Shown piece after piece: positions 1 to 11,560 of a DNA stretch of 61,200 bases. How positions within the stretch are numbered: position 1 is the stretch's first letter; every line of letters starts with the position of its first letter. A program made the position numbers and the translations under genes. The stretch lies in the NCBI RefSeq assembly GCF_006345805.1, contig NW_021832972.1, positions 1-61,200 on the forward strand, in the 5' to 3' direction. The notes under the pieces were generated by a model, which had not been told where the DNA came from, searched no databases, and saw only the letters and a program-made list of their open reading frames with translations. The DNA is from Octopus sinensis. Taxonomy: Eukaryota.

Positions 1-296
1 TCTATTGCTGTGTGGTGGTCTTGTAAACTGTGGATAGTCCCCATCTGCGAGTTTGAGTTTGATGGAGCCAGGTTAGCTGCTGTAAAATCTTTTGTGCCAT
101 GCACCAAAAAGATTCTTGTTCAGCAGCTGCCCTTTCAACAACACGTTGGTGGTTTGTGGCACGCACCACATCTGCGTACCTCTGTTTTGGGGCAGGTGGT
201 GCGTGGTCCATCCCTTTTCCTTTCGGTAGTTGGTTTCTGACCTGTTTCGTGTCTCTGCGGCAGGGTCCCGGATGTGCAAAACAGCAGCCTGCACCT
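1..296 (-). mobile_element. Possible LINE ORF1 C-terminal fragment (CR1/L2-like)
   Basis: A minus frame reads [14 protein letters not shown]...[14 protein letters not shown]...*. The Cys/His cluster resembles an ORF1 zinc finger. It is cut off by a (TA)n array and has no RT or EN motif. Confidence 0.3.
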
Positions 297-392
297 TATA
301 TATATATATGTATATATATATATATAATTATATATGTATATATACATACATATATGTATATATATATATGTATATGTATATATATATGTATA

Positions 393-438
<46 letters not shown>

Positions 439-522
439 CATATATGTATATATATATATGTATATGTATATATATATGTATATAATGTATATATATATAT
501 ATAGATATTATATATATATATA
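297..522. repeat. (TA)n/(TATG) microsatellite
   Basis: Direct reading of the sequence. Confidence 0.95.
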
Positions 523-719
523 AAGTTAATCCAAACAAGAAAACAAAAAGTCAACAACGCGAGGATGTGGAACAAATAAAGTATTATTGGGCGCTCAGGA
601 AAAAAGGGAAGAAGGAGGGTATGACGTTTCAAGCGGAGCTCTTCGTCGGAAACATAGGAGAAAGAAAGATCCCGAGGTGGGAGGACAGAGGGAAAAAAAA
701 TGCAAGTGCTCTTCACGAG
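523..719 (-). mobile_element. Penelope-like terminal-repeat fragment with a decayed hammerhead motif (617-654)
   Basis: The minus strand reads GTTT-CCGACGA-A-GAGC(TCC)GCTT-GAAA-CGTC-ATAC, an HHR-like core with U4C and a damaged stem I. Confidence 0.45.
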
Positions 720-734
720 GTATATATATATATA

Positions 735-769
<35 letters not shown>

Positions 770-1179
770 TCTTTTACTCTTTTACTTGTTTCAGTCATCT
801 GACTGCGGCCCTGCTGGAGCACCGCCTTTAATCGAGCAACTCAACCCCGGGACTTATTCTTTGTAAGCCCAGTACTTATTCTATTGGTCTCTTTTGCCGA
901 TCTGCTAAGTGACGGGGACATAAACACACCAGCATCGGTTGTCAAGCAATGCTAGGGGGTCAAATACAGACACACAAACTTGCATGCACACACACATATA
1001 TATATACATATACACGACGGGCTTCTTTCAGTTTCCGTCTACCAAATCGACTCACAAGGCTTTGTTCGGCCCGAGGTATATTAGAAGACACTTGCCCAAG
1101 GTGCCACACAGTGGGATTGAACCCGGAACCATGTGGTTGGTAAGCAAGCTACTTACCACACAACCACTCCTGCGCCTAT
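770..1179 (-). mobile_element. tRNA-derived SINE (major cephalopod-type family), full length
   Basis: A/B-box-like head (GGAGTGGTTGTGTGG...GGGTTCAATCCC), internal (TG/TA)n and a (TAAAAGAG)n tail. Same family as 11816, 20202, 21682 and 23162. Confidence 0.9.
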
Positions 1180-1181
1180 AC

Positions 1182-1218
<37 letters not shown>

Positions 1219-1324
1219 AAATAGAAAATGAATAACTTGTAGTAGATTAATCAAAAGTTAACCGATACCTTAGTAGCAAAATCAACAGCAGTGAACAGCA
1301 CGGTTGTAGGTACAACCTCGTGGC

Positions 1325-2140
1325 GATTGAATAATGGGACCATATTGTGTCTTTCTCTTCAGGAAGACAAAAGGAAATCCGTTGGAAAAAAACAAAAACA
1401 GAACAGAGGCAGAGCAAAAACAAATCGAACTGTTCTCCTAAGAGCCCATGGCGAAACTGTTTATCAGTGTATGTTGAGAACCGGTGGCTGAAGAATTCAA
1501 CAGGTCAGGCATCGGTCAAACATGTGGGTGAGGGTGATAAGTTCTTTGTGACCGAGAATAAAGTTCTGACTATTTAAAGAATATTGGATGTTTTAATAAG
1601 GGGCGAGAAAAAATCTACTTAGAGAGACGTGTGGGTGTGTATACTGTTCTATATATGTGTGTGTTGGCGTAGGGGTAGAAAACATTTTTTGGTACGTGTG
1701 TGCGTTTGATCGTTCGGCTGTCAGTGGCTACGGCAGTAGCCACTGACAGCCGAACGATCAAACGCCACACGTACAAAAAAATGTTTTCTCACCCCTACGC
1801 CAACACACACATATATAGAACAGTATACACACACACACGTCTCTAAGTAGATTTTTTCTCGCCCCTTATAAAACATCCAATATTCTTTAAATAGTCAGAA
1901 CTTTATTCTCGGTCACAAAGAACATCTATACACCCTCACCCACATGTTTGACCGATGCCTGACCTGTTGAATTCTTCAGCCACCGTTCTCAACATACACT
2001 GATAAACAGTTTCGCCATGGGCTCTTAGAAGCACAGTTCGATTTGTTTTTTGCTCTGCCTCTGTTCTGTTTTTGTTTTTCCAACGGATTTCCTTTTTTCT
2101 TCCTGAAGAGAAAGACACAATATGGTCCCATTATTCAATC
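1325..2140. repeat. Fold-back palindrome, ~405-bp arms and a 4-nt loop (1732-1735)
   Basis: GATTGAATAATGGGACC... pairs with ...GGTCCCATTATTCAATC; the centre is GCTAC-GGCA-GTAGC. The supplied ORFs 1347-1577 (+) and 1936-2118 (-) mirror each other. Confidence 0.95.
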
Positions 2141-2185
2141 AGATTTTGGTAATTTGTGCCTTTCGAAACACGTGTAGAATGAAAA
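2095..2185 (+). ncRNA. Type I hammerhead ribozyme, apparently intact
   Basis: CTGAAGA at 2103-2109; stem II GAAAG-A-CACAA/TTGTG-C-CTTTC; GAAA at 2165-2168; palindromic stem III ACACGTGT; GUA cleavage triplet ending at 2176; stem I TTTTCTTC/GAA(T)GAAAA. Confidence 0.75.
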
Positions 2186-2242
2186 TAAACCGATTTCTGT
2201 TCAATCTGCGTTCAGCTCCATTTCTTCAATTCACCAAAATGT

Positions 2243-2271
2243 TTTATATATATATCTTATATATATATGTA

Positions 2272-2334
<63 letters not shown>

Positions 2335-3260
2335 GTAGATATGTATATATATATATAATATATATATAAGTATATATGTATATATATTATATATATATGT
2401 ATATGTATATATGTATATATATTATATATATATATATATATATATGAATATATATATGTATAATCTATATATATATATTATAATTATATATATTATATAT
2501 ATATATAATGTAATATATATATGTTATTTATATGTATGTAATATATATGTATATATGTATATATATATGTATATATATGTATATATATGTATATATATAT
2601 ATGTATATATGTATGTATATATATGTATATATATGTTATATATATATTTATAAATATGTATTATATGTATATATATGTATATATATATATGTTATATATA
2701 TATGTATATCTATGTATTATATAATATGTAATATATATATATGTATATAATATATATGTTATATATATGTATATATATATATATAGTATATATATGTATA
2801 GATATATGTCGTTATATATATATATGTATATATATATGTATATATATATATAATATGTATATATATGTATATATATATATGTGTATATATATGATTATAT
2901 AATATGTATATATATATAGTATATATATATATGTATATATATATGTATATATATATATGTATATATATATGTATAGATTTATATATGTATATATATGTAT
3001 ATATATATATTGTATATATATGTATATATATGTATATATATATATATGTATATATATGTATATTATATATATATCTATATATATATATCTATATATATAT
3101 TATTTGTATATATATATATATCTATATATATAATTGTATATATATATATGTTATATCTATATGGATATATATATATATATATGTAATATATATAATGTAT
3201 ATATAATATAATGGATTATATATATATATCTATGTATATATATGTAATATATCTAGATTG

Positions 3261-3293
<33 letters not shown>

Positions 3294-3358
3294 ATGGTAT
3301 AATATATATTGGATATATATATATATATATATGTATTATATATATGTATATATATATA

Positions 3359-3391
<33 letters not shown>

Positions 3392-3413
3392 GGATATTTA
3401 TATATATATACAC
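2243..3413. repeat. ~1.2-kb degenerate (TA)n/(TATATG)n array
   Basis: Direct reading of the sequence. Confidence 0.95.
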
Positions 3414-3417
3414 ATGT

Positions 3418-3745
3418 TTATCATCATCATCATCTTTTAGCGTCCGTTGTCCATGCTAGCATGGATGGACGTTCTACTGGGGTCTGTGAAGCCAGAAGGC
3501 TTCATCAGGCCAGTCAATCTGGCAGTGTTTCTACGGCTGGATGCCCTTCCTAACGCCAATCACTCCGTGAGTTGTAGTGGGTGCTTTTTTACGTGCCACC
3601 CGCCCAGGTGCCAGACAGAGCTGGCAAACGGCCACGAACGGATGGTGCTTTTTATGTGCCACCGGCACGAGGGCCAGGCGAGTCTGGCAACGGACACGAA
3701 ACGGGGCGGTGCTGGCAACGGTCGCGAAACGGAAGGTTCTCTTTA
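3418..3745 (-). mobile_element. RTE LINE 3' UTR fragment with (ATG)n tail
   Basis: Matches the 3' UTR of the long RTE at 43718-44308 and starts with a (CAT)n tail on the plus strand. Confidence 0.85.
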
Positions 3746-3779
3746 CATATGTATATATATATACACATGTTTATATATG

Positions 3780-3817
<38 letters not shown>

Positions 3818-3818
<1 letters not shown>

Positions 3819-3860
3819 TAGCTGAAGGTGACCCGCTCTACGTGCGGGTAAGAGTGTGGT
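3818..3860 (-). mobile_element. Helitron 3' terminus fragment
   Basis: The minus strand ends in CTAG|T, preceded by a CCCGC...GCGGG hairpin. Confidence 0.55.
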
Positions 3861-3861
3861 T

Positions 3862-4203
3862 GTTACTTTCTGTTGGTTCCTTTCAGCACGTAAAAAGCAC
3901 CATCTGAATGTGGCCGATTACAGCGCCGCCTTGACTGGCTTCTCTGCCGGTGGCACGTAAAAAGCACCAACCGATCGTTGACGCTACGAGCCCCCCTGGC
4001 ACCTGTGCCGGCGGCACGAAAAAAGCACCCATACACACAAACCACACAGTGGTTGGCGTTAGGAAGGTCATCCACCTGTAGAAACACTGCCAAGATCAGA
4101 CTGGAGCGTGGTGCAGCCTCCTCCTGACTTCCAGACCCTGTGTCACACGTCCAACCCGTGCTAGCAAGGAAAACGGACGTTAAACGATGGTGATGATGAT
4201 GAT
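3862..4203 (+). mobile_element. RTE-family 3' UTR fragment, opposite orientation to 3418-3745
   Basis: Contains GCACGTAAAAAGCACC repeats and GGAAGGTCATCCACCTGTAGAAAC, and ends in (GAT)n. Confidence 0.8.
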
Positions 4204-4512
4204 TCTCCCTCTTTGTTTCTCTCTCCTTTCTCTCTCACTTTCCCACTTTCTTACTTTTCTTTTCTCTCGCTTTCTCTTACTCTCTATCTTTATCTCTCTC
4301 TCTCCCATTTATAAACAACCAAAGATCTTGAGTAAGTTGAGAAATAAATTATTTAGAAAGATCAATCACAAATATCATGCAGTGGCAACGGAAAGGTCTG
4401 CTTCAAGGCAGACAGCAAAACGCTAACATTCAAAAGGGACAGACGAACTTGCGAGGTGAATAAAAAAAATAAAATATTGGAAACGAAAGTTTGAAGGGAT
4501 AGAATCTGAGGA

Positions 4513-4765
4513 TAGTAGAGTCACCATGGCTGGCATTTCTTAACGACGGACAGCAATGTATTGACAGCTTAACGGCTGGCGTAAAATTTTGAACTTGATG
4601 TAAAAGAAAATTCGTAAACACCAAGTTTTGAAGTGATTCTTTCTTACGACAGTAGACTCACCATGGCAAGCATTGAAAACTTCTTCATCATGGACAGCAA
4701 CACATTGACGATTAAAAGGCTGGCGCAAATTTTTTAGCTTGATGTAACAGAGAATTCCTAAACAC
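4513..4765. repeat. Diverged ~137-bp tandem duplication
   Basis: AGTAGAGTCACCATGGC...CTTGATGTAAAAGAAAATTCGTAAACAC versus AGTAGACTCACCATGGC...CTTGATGTAACAGAGAATTCCTAAACAC. Confidence 0.75.
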
Positions 4766-5002
4766 TCGCTCATTTAAATTTTAATCCCCTTCCAGCCCCA
4801 TTTAGACACCTTTTCACATTTTGGTTAATATAACCCGATTTCATTCGGGTCTACTGGGGCCACATTTTATAAGATGAGGAATTTTGTCCTAGAGGTCACA
4901 CCTTTCATTTGAGGAAAAAAATTGTTGTCATGCAAACTTGCCAGCACTTTAGACATAGGTGTGCATATTTTCAGCTGAACCGACCGACCACATAATGCAT
5001 AC

Positions 5003-5039
<37 letters not shown>

Positions 5040-5042
5040 GTG

Positions 5043-5074
<32 letters not shown>

Positions 5075-5299
5075 CACGCATTATATATACAAATGTATAC
5101 ATATATATATGTATAAATTAAATTAGAGATAAAACCACTAATAGGCAAATCAAACAGTGAAAAACCAAAAACAAAAACATAAAAATAAAAATATAATATA
5201 GAAAATATATAAAATATAAAATTGAAAAATTTAAATCATTTAAATTTAAAATAAAAATTATTAAATTATATTTATAATTTGTTTAAAAATATATATAAC

Positions 5300-5753
5300 T
5301 GTAGTGACGTCATATTCCAGTGTGCGCACACGCAACGTCATTCTTCAGTGTGCGTGTGCGGTACGTATTCTTCAGTGTGTGTGTGCGGAACGTATTCTTC
5401 AGTGTGCGTGTGCGGAACGTCCTTCTTCAGTGTGCGTGTGCGGGGTTGGAACCTTCTGGAAAGGCATAAGGAAGTTCCCTCATGCACATGTGCTAGAGAC
5501 TGGGGAAGAAATTCTATCGCGTTCCTTAATAGCGTCGTTGAATTGAGACACGGTGATCGAAGAGAAAGGACGTATTTTTAAACGTGTGATCAGCCTATTC
5601 TCCTGTCCCAGACGCTAAGGATTTGACCTGTTCTATTGCTGCTGAATTGTTGTAAGATTCTTACAAACGTTAAAATTCAGCCTTGCTGTGTTGAACTAAG
5701 TGGATACTAATATACCAACGTGCTTCATTTGTGAATAAGAGAATAAAGAATCA
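5300..5753 (+). mobile_element. LTR-like segment with an internal 27-bp tandem repeat (5305-5445)
   Basis: Begins TGTAGTG and ends AATAAAGAATCA. Contains ~4.5 copies of CGTATTCTTCAGTGTGCGTGTGCGGAA. No target-site duplication (TSD) seen. Confidence 0.4.
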
Positions 5754-5817
5754 TATATATTTTTAAACTTGCGTTTTGTTCCTGACTGGTAGTTTCTAGA
5801 AACAAAAGAAAGGAAAT

Positions 5818-7139
5818 TGTGTTGCACCCAAGTTGCACCCAAAAAGTGTAAAGAAGCAACCAGTTCCCTTTACAGTGGTGACCCCAAGTTCTGGTCATAG
5901 ACCATAGAACAGTCAAGCAAGTTTCCCGAGTTCTGGTCATAGACCATAGAACAGTCAAGCAAGTTTCCCGAGTTCTGGTCATAGACCATAGAACACTTAG
6001 CTAAAATCTAGTTTCTACCTAGTCTGAACCAATCAATCCGCCGCATTCTTCATCCACACAGAGCTTACTCAACCATGTTCCAGTTCCAGCGACAGACGAC
6101 CAGACCAGCCAGTCGTGTTCCTGCTCCAGCCAATGACGACGCTAACATACACCAGCAACGCCACCGACGCCTTCATCTCAACGTCGCCTTTCTCTGCCGT
6201 CGCCATCACCATCGTCGTCCTTCAACTTCACGTCGTCTCCATCTCTGTCGCCATCAACTCCTGCAACACTAATATGTACATAGCACTCATTCAGGTTTAG
6301 CTTTCATGCTGTTATGATTTTCACCGAGGTTAACAGCACAGCACTACCTGCGAGATCTTCTGTACCAATGTAACCTGGCACAGCATTGAAGCCACAACCG
6401 CTACACGACATGTGTTCAACCGGCATCTGCACTTGTGATCCGAACATCCTGTTACAGAACGAACTGCTATTATGTACTTTACTACGAACTGGTAAATTAA
6501 CTCTATCTTGTCTGAAATACCTGAGAGACTTTTCCTATGCGCTGTATTTTGTTTTGCCCGCATACACCTTGTTTGTACTTTTGTCGCACACACGAACACA
6601 CATAGTTAATACACACACAAATGCTATCTCTGTCACATTCATACGCCACACATGCCTTTCTCGCTTGTTTTCCATGCTCAATGTGCCCTTGTAAACACAA
6701 CTCATCTCTGTAAGACCCTAGGTCGGTCACGCATACATAGAGAAAGTTGTTTGTTCCTTACAACGCGCCAGCATGCCACACTTTTGTTCCTGCATGACCG
6801 AGGCATATAATAGCTGAAGCACTGGCTGGCAGCCTCAGCTTTACTGCATTAATCACTGGCATATTCAATACTGTACACTGTATTTCAGCCTAGCAAGACC
6901 TATTGCACTCATGCACCTCTGTTCTGTACGTGTACTCCCTTGTTTTGCAACACATCTGCGTCAGCTCAATTCTTCTCCCGACTCAAAGCACGTCGGATGT
7001 TCACATGCGCTGCGCTCATGTTTAGGCATAATTTCCCCCTGTTAGACCCCTGTTGGTCACGTAATTAACAGAGAAAATTATCTGTCTCGCACCCAAGTTG
7101 CACCCAAAAAGTGTAAAGAAGCAACCAGTTCCCTTTACG
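5818..7139 (+). mobile_element. Non-coding LTR-type (TRIM-like) element
   Basis: 57-bp direct repeats at 5818-5874 (TG..CA) and 7083-7139. TGGTGACCCC at 5876-5885 is complementary to the tRNA-Trp 3' end (primer-binding site, PBS). A 42-bp tandem repeat follows the PBS. Confidence 0.5.
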
Positions 7140-7309
7140 TAACTATCAAAAAGTATTAAAAAGTTTAATATACATAAATACAGAAATATAGACTTTGTAT
7201 ATATACATTATATATACATATTTATATATAGAACACACACACACACACATATATAAATGAACGCAAGAAATATCTGATTCATAATATTTGTTCTCGATTA
7301 ATTCTCTCT

Positions 7310-7629
7310 ACGAATGCAGACAGATACATAAAAGAACGCCGTTTGACGAACTTATAAAGGGAAAGTGAAAGGGAGTTAGAGGGGAATGGAGGAAATAGTG
7401 TGAGTGAGTGAGGAAGACATATACGTAAAAGAACGGGAGTGGACTTGTCAAAGTGGGTTTTTGGCCCCTAGCAACGACACCTTTTAAGATAGGGATTTCT
7501 AAGGTAGCCCACCGGCATCGTCACCTCATTTTATATGTCCCTGTAAATTTTGGAGTGAATCGGACAGGATGTAGTGGCCTTGAAAGCGATCCAAGCGGTA
7601 AAAACGCATTTCAGTTTTATATATAGAGA
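7310..7629 (-). mobile_element. Non-autonomous Helitron 5' portion
   Basis: The minus strand starts A|TCTCTATATATAAAACTG, the same 5' style as 10432 and 50580. The left boundary is uncertain. Confidence 0.4.
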
Positions 7630-7635
7630 TATATA

Positions 7636-8405
7636 TCTGTATATCTATAAAAGTGAGGTTTGTGTGTGTGTACGTGAATGTAATTTATGCATGTCCACAA
7701 ATTAGTACACATGTCACTCCAATTTTAGGACATTCGTTACGAGCCTAGCTGGGTTTTGTCAAATTATTTTTCCCGAGACACCCACGGATAGCCGTAAAAA
7801 TTGATTTTCAACCCTAACGTTTACCAATTTTGAAGTTTGCTAACATGAGTTAAGACCCTTTCTTGCTATAGCGAAGTGAAAGTGCATGTGTGTGTGTGTG
7901 AGGAAGAGAGAGAGTTTGACTGCATCTAACAAAAAATGTAAATAGAAAGTGTGTGTGTGAGAGAAAAAGAGGGAGTTTGACAGTGTTTAACAAAAACAAA
8001 TGTAAAGAAAAAGTGTGTGTGAGGGAGAGATAGTACGAGACAGCATTCATCAACAATAAAAATGTAAAATTTTTTTCTTAAACACGAGATATAGTCTTCA
8101 AATTTAGGTTGTTTTTGAAAGACACTATATTTTATAATTATTTGAAAGACACTATATTTTATAATATACTTTCTCACACAACAATTAAAATATATTTATT
8201 TTAAATCACTTATTTATTTATTTTAATAGTTTATCTTTCTTCCCCCTCTCATACACACACATTACTTTGGGTGTGAAAGAGTTTTGTTTTTATTTTACAC
8301 CGAGGAAAAAGTGTTTTGTTGAGAATCCATTTATTTAACAACAAAAAAACAAAGAGGTAGGTAACAATTTGTCAGTGAATTACACAATATAAATGTCACA
8401 TTTTC

Positions 8406-8484
<79 letters not shown>

Positions 8485-9812
8485 CGTAAAAGGTAGGGTG
8501 TGTGTGTGTGAGTATGCGAATGTAATTTCTGTACGTTCACAAATTAGCATGCATGTTGCTCCAATTTTAGGAGGAAATTGGTTACGACCCTGGCTGTGTT
8601 TTTGTCAACTTACTTTTCCCAAGGTACCTGCGGATAGCTGTAAAATCTACATTCAACCATAACTTTTACCAGTTTCCATGTTGGTGAAATCCATAAGTTT
8701 GCTAACATGAGTTAAGTCCCCTGTTTAGCAATGGCGAAAAAGAAAAACAAAGGGTAAATTTTCAGATTAACACCTGCACAATTTTCAGTAAGAAAAAAAG
8801 CTCGGCTTTTTTGCATGGAATCAAGTACCCTGACCTCGTAATATGCTGCAAATCCCTTATTTTGATTCAGAAAAAAGTTGGGTAGGCCAAGGGGGGAGCC
8901 CCCCATCCCAGAATTATTGGAAATTTTTTTTCTTCGTTAAATGAATTCCTGTGACTTCCTAATATGCTACAAAACCCTTTTTGGGATCTGAAAAACAGGG
9001 TGGGGTGAGGTGGAAGCCTCAGAAATTTTACTCCCACTCCATTGGTCTTTTCATCCACATGATTTTCACTAAGGGAAAAAAATAAAAATCGGATTTTTTT
9101 TTTGCATGGAATCAAGTACCCTGACCTTCTAATATGCTGCAAATCCCTTATTTTTGTTTGGAAAAAATTGGGAATTTTTTTCATTGAATGAATTCCTGTG
9201 ACCTCCGAAAATGCTACAAAACCCTCTTTGGGATCCGAAAAATGGGGTTGGGTGAAGTGGAAGCCTTAGAAGTTTTTGAAAGGGCCAGCATGTGCAACCT
9301 GATTGCTTCTGCTGGTCAAACTCCCAACCCATGCGTTCCTGTCGTGACACTGATTCTGCAGAACTGGGTTGGGTGTGGAAACCAACTTTAAAGTATAAAT
9401 ATAGACATTTTTGAATCAGCAATGTTGTGCTTGGTTAAGTCCTATTTGGTGTAAAAAAAAATCAATAAACTGATTCCTTATAGGGTTTTCCATTCAATCA
9501 GGATGAAAAATCAATAAACCGATTCCTTATAGGATTTCCCACTAAGATTGGCTACACCCTATTTTCAACCATAACTTTTACCAATTTTGACGTATTTTGT
9601 TCTCTCCTCCCCCCCAAAAACCCCAATCAATGAGTGGAAAAATCGATACACTGATTCTTATGGGATTTCCAATCAAATTGTCTGCAACCCATTTTCAGCC
9701 AAATGTTTAACATTTTCAACGGATTTCGCTCATATTTCCTGTCAGTGTTACTTTGTTTTGAAACTTGATTAACTTAATACTCCTAACTTAATCCCGGCTA
9801 TACTGCTTGTGT
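7636..9812 (+). mobile_element. Non-autonomous Helitron with internal duplications
   Basis: 5' A|TC start. The 5' module recurs at ~8480, with ~290-bp diverged internal repeats at 8780-9300. The 3' end CGGCTATACTGCTTG is a decayed version of the 47356 end. Homologous to 47356-48545. Confidence 0.65.
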
Positions 9813-9828
9813 ATATATATATACTGCT

Positions 9829-9891
<63 letters not shown>

Positions 9892-10050
9892 CATTTAGAT
9901 ATTTAGATATATATATACATTTAGATATTTATATATATACATTTAGATATTTATATATATATACATTTAGATATTTATATATATACATATATATATATTT
10001 ATATATATATTCATATATTTATATATATATATATTTCTATATATTAATAA

Positions 10051-10432
10051 CTAGCAGTATCGCCCGGCGTTGCTCAGGTTTGTAAGGGAAATAACTATAA
10101 AGCATTTTTAGAGAGTTATAGTCAAAAAATAGCAAAAATATGGAAAAAAATGATGGTAAATTTTTTTTAGTTAAAAAAAGGTGGAGTTGCGTCCCCTAGA
10201 CAGTTTGGGGTTTGTGTTTCTGATTCTCGACCCCATGTCGAATTTATCGATTTTTTTCAGAACTGGGGGAACTTTTCAAAATTTTCGCTGCGTTAGTTTT
10301 GAATTATGACATTGGGCTATGTGTGTGTCAAGTGTCATCAGAATCGGTTGAAAGCCGTGGTCAGGGTGAGGGTACAAGCAAACAGACACACAGAAACACG
10401 CACAGACAAACTGCCGTTTATATAGAGAGAGA
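10051..10432 (-). mobile_element. Complete non-autonomous Helitron
   Basis: The minus strand starts TC and ends CTAG, is inserted between A and T, and has a subterminal hairpin CCTGAGCAACGCCGGG. Confidence 0.85.
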
Positions 10433-10433
10433 T

Positions 10434-10704
10434 TAAGGGTTTAGCAACAAGTTGCTTGACCACATACCAAAAATTTTAGAAATAGCAGCCAAAAGATTGT
10501 TATTTCTTTTTTCTACAAAATATGTCTCCACAGATAGCACTTATTTGTAACTCACATAGGCAAAAAGAAGAAAAATAATGAAATGAGTTACAAATAAGTG
10601 TTATCTGTGGAGACATATTTTGTAGAAAAAAGAAATAACAATCTTTTGGCTGCTATTTCTAAAATTTTCGGTGTGTGGTCAAGCAGCTTGTTGCTAAACC
10701 CTTA
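10434..10704. repeat. Fold-back/MITE-like palindrome, ~120-bp arms
   Basis: TAAGGGTTTAGCAACAAG...CTTGTTGCTAAACCCTTA. The arm ends are homologous to the arms at 56103 and 57842. Confidence 0.9.
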
Positions 10705-10858
10705 GTTATTATTATAATTATATATAAAAACAACTTTTTGTATAAGTTTTTACCAAATATGGTTCTTTTCCATACTGAAAACTACTTGGTAAAATTTGTT
10801 AATTTTATTAAATTAATAATTTTTACCCTATATCTGTAATATATTTCTATATAGATAT

Positions 10859-10923
<65 letters not shown>

Positions 10924-10943
10924 CATATCTTTATACATATATA

Positions 10944-11016
<73 letters not shown>

Positions 11017-11045
11017 ATATACATACATATCTTTATACATATATA

Positions 11046-11079
<34 letters not shown>

Positions 11080-11560
11080 CCAAACACGAATGTCCCTCAG
11101 ACAAAGAACAACACTTAACAAAGAACAAATCTGCTTCCTACAATATAGACAGATGCAGGTCAGTGAGCACATAGAGCGATGTACTAGGAACCTTAAACCA
11201 TACTTCTTAATCTTCTCTCTCTATTAATGTTTCAAGAACATCTCAGTGCAGCAAAGATTAAATAAACAGGCAACTTTAATATCAACCACAACTTAACATG
11301 AACACACAACTTAATACAGACACTACTAACCTTACTAATACTAATAATACCACTAATCCTCATACATCCCATATACCATTCATATTCTATTAATCATATC
11401 TACCTTAATTGCATCACTTTCAGAACTGCTTACCTCCCTTGCATGCAATCTTTTCACTCGGGTACTATTAGATCCAACACCATTTGGAAATCGGTGTTGA
11501 TTCAAAGTCAGTGAACAGCAATGACAAAACCGGTATGACTTTCTATATTGACTCATAATA
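11080..11560 (+). mobile_element. Penelope-like 3' fragment (decayed GIY-YIG tail plus UTR)
   Basis: A decayed frame [23 protein letters not shown]...RLNKQ resembles PLE endonuclease C-termini. An HHR-like remnant lies at 11506-11540. Confidence 0.45.

Noticed and set aside
5305-5990. 27-bp and 42-bp repeat arrays as CRISPR-like
   Set aside because: The units are contiguous with no unique spacers, there are no cas genes, and the context is eukaryotic.
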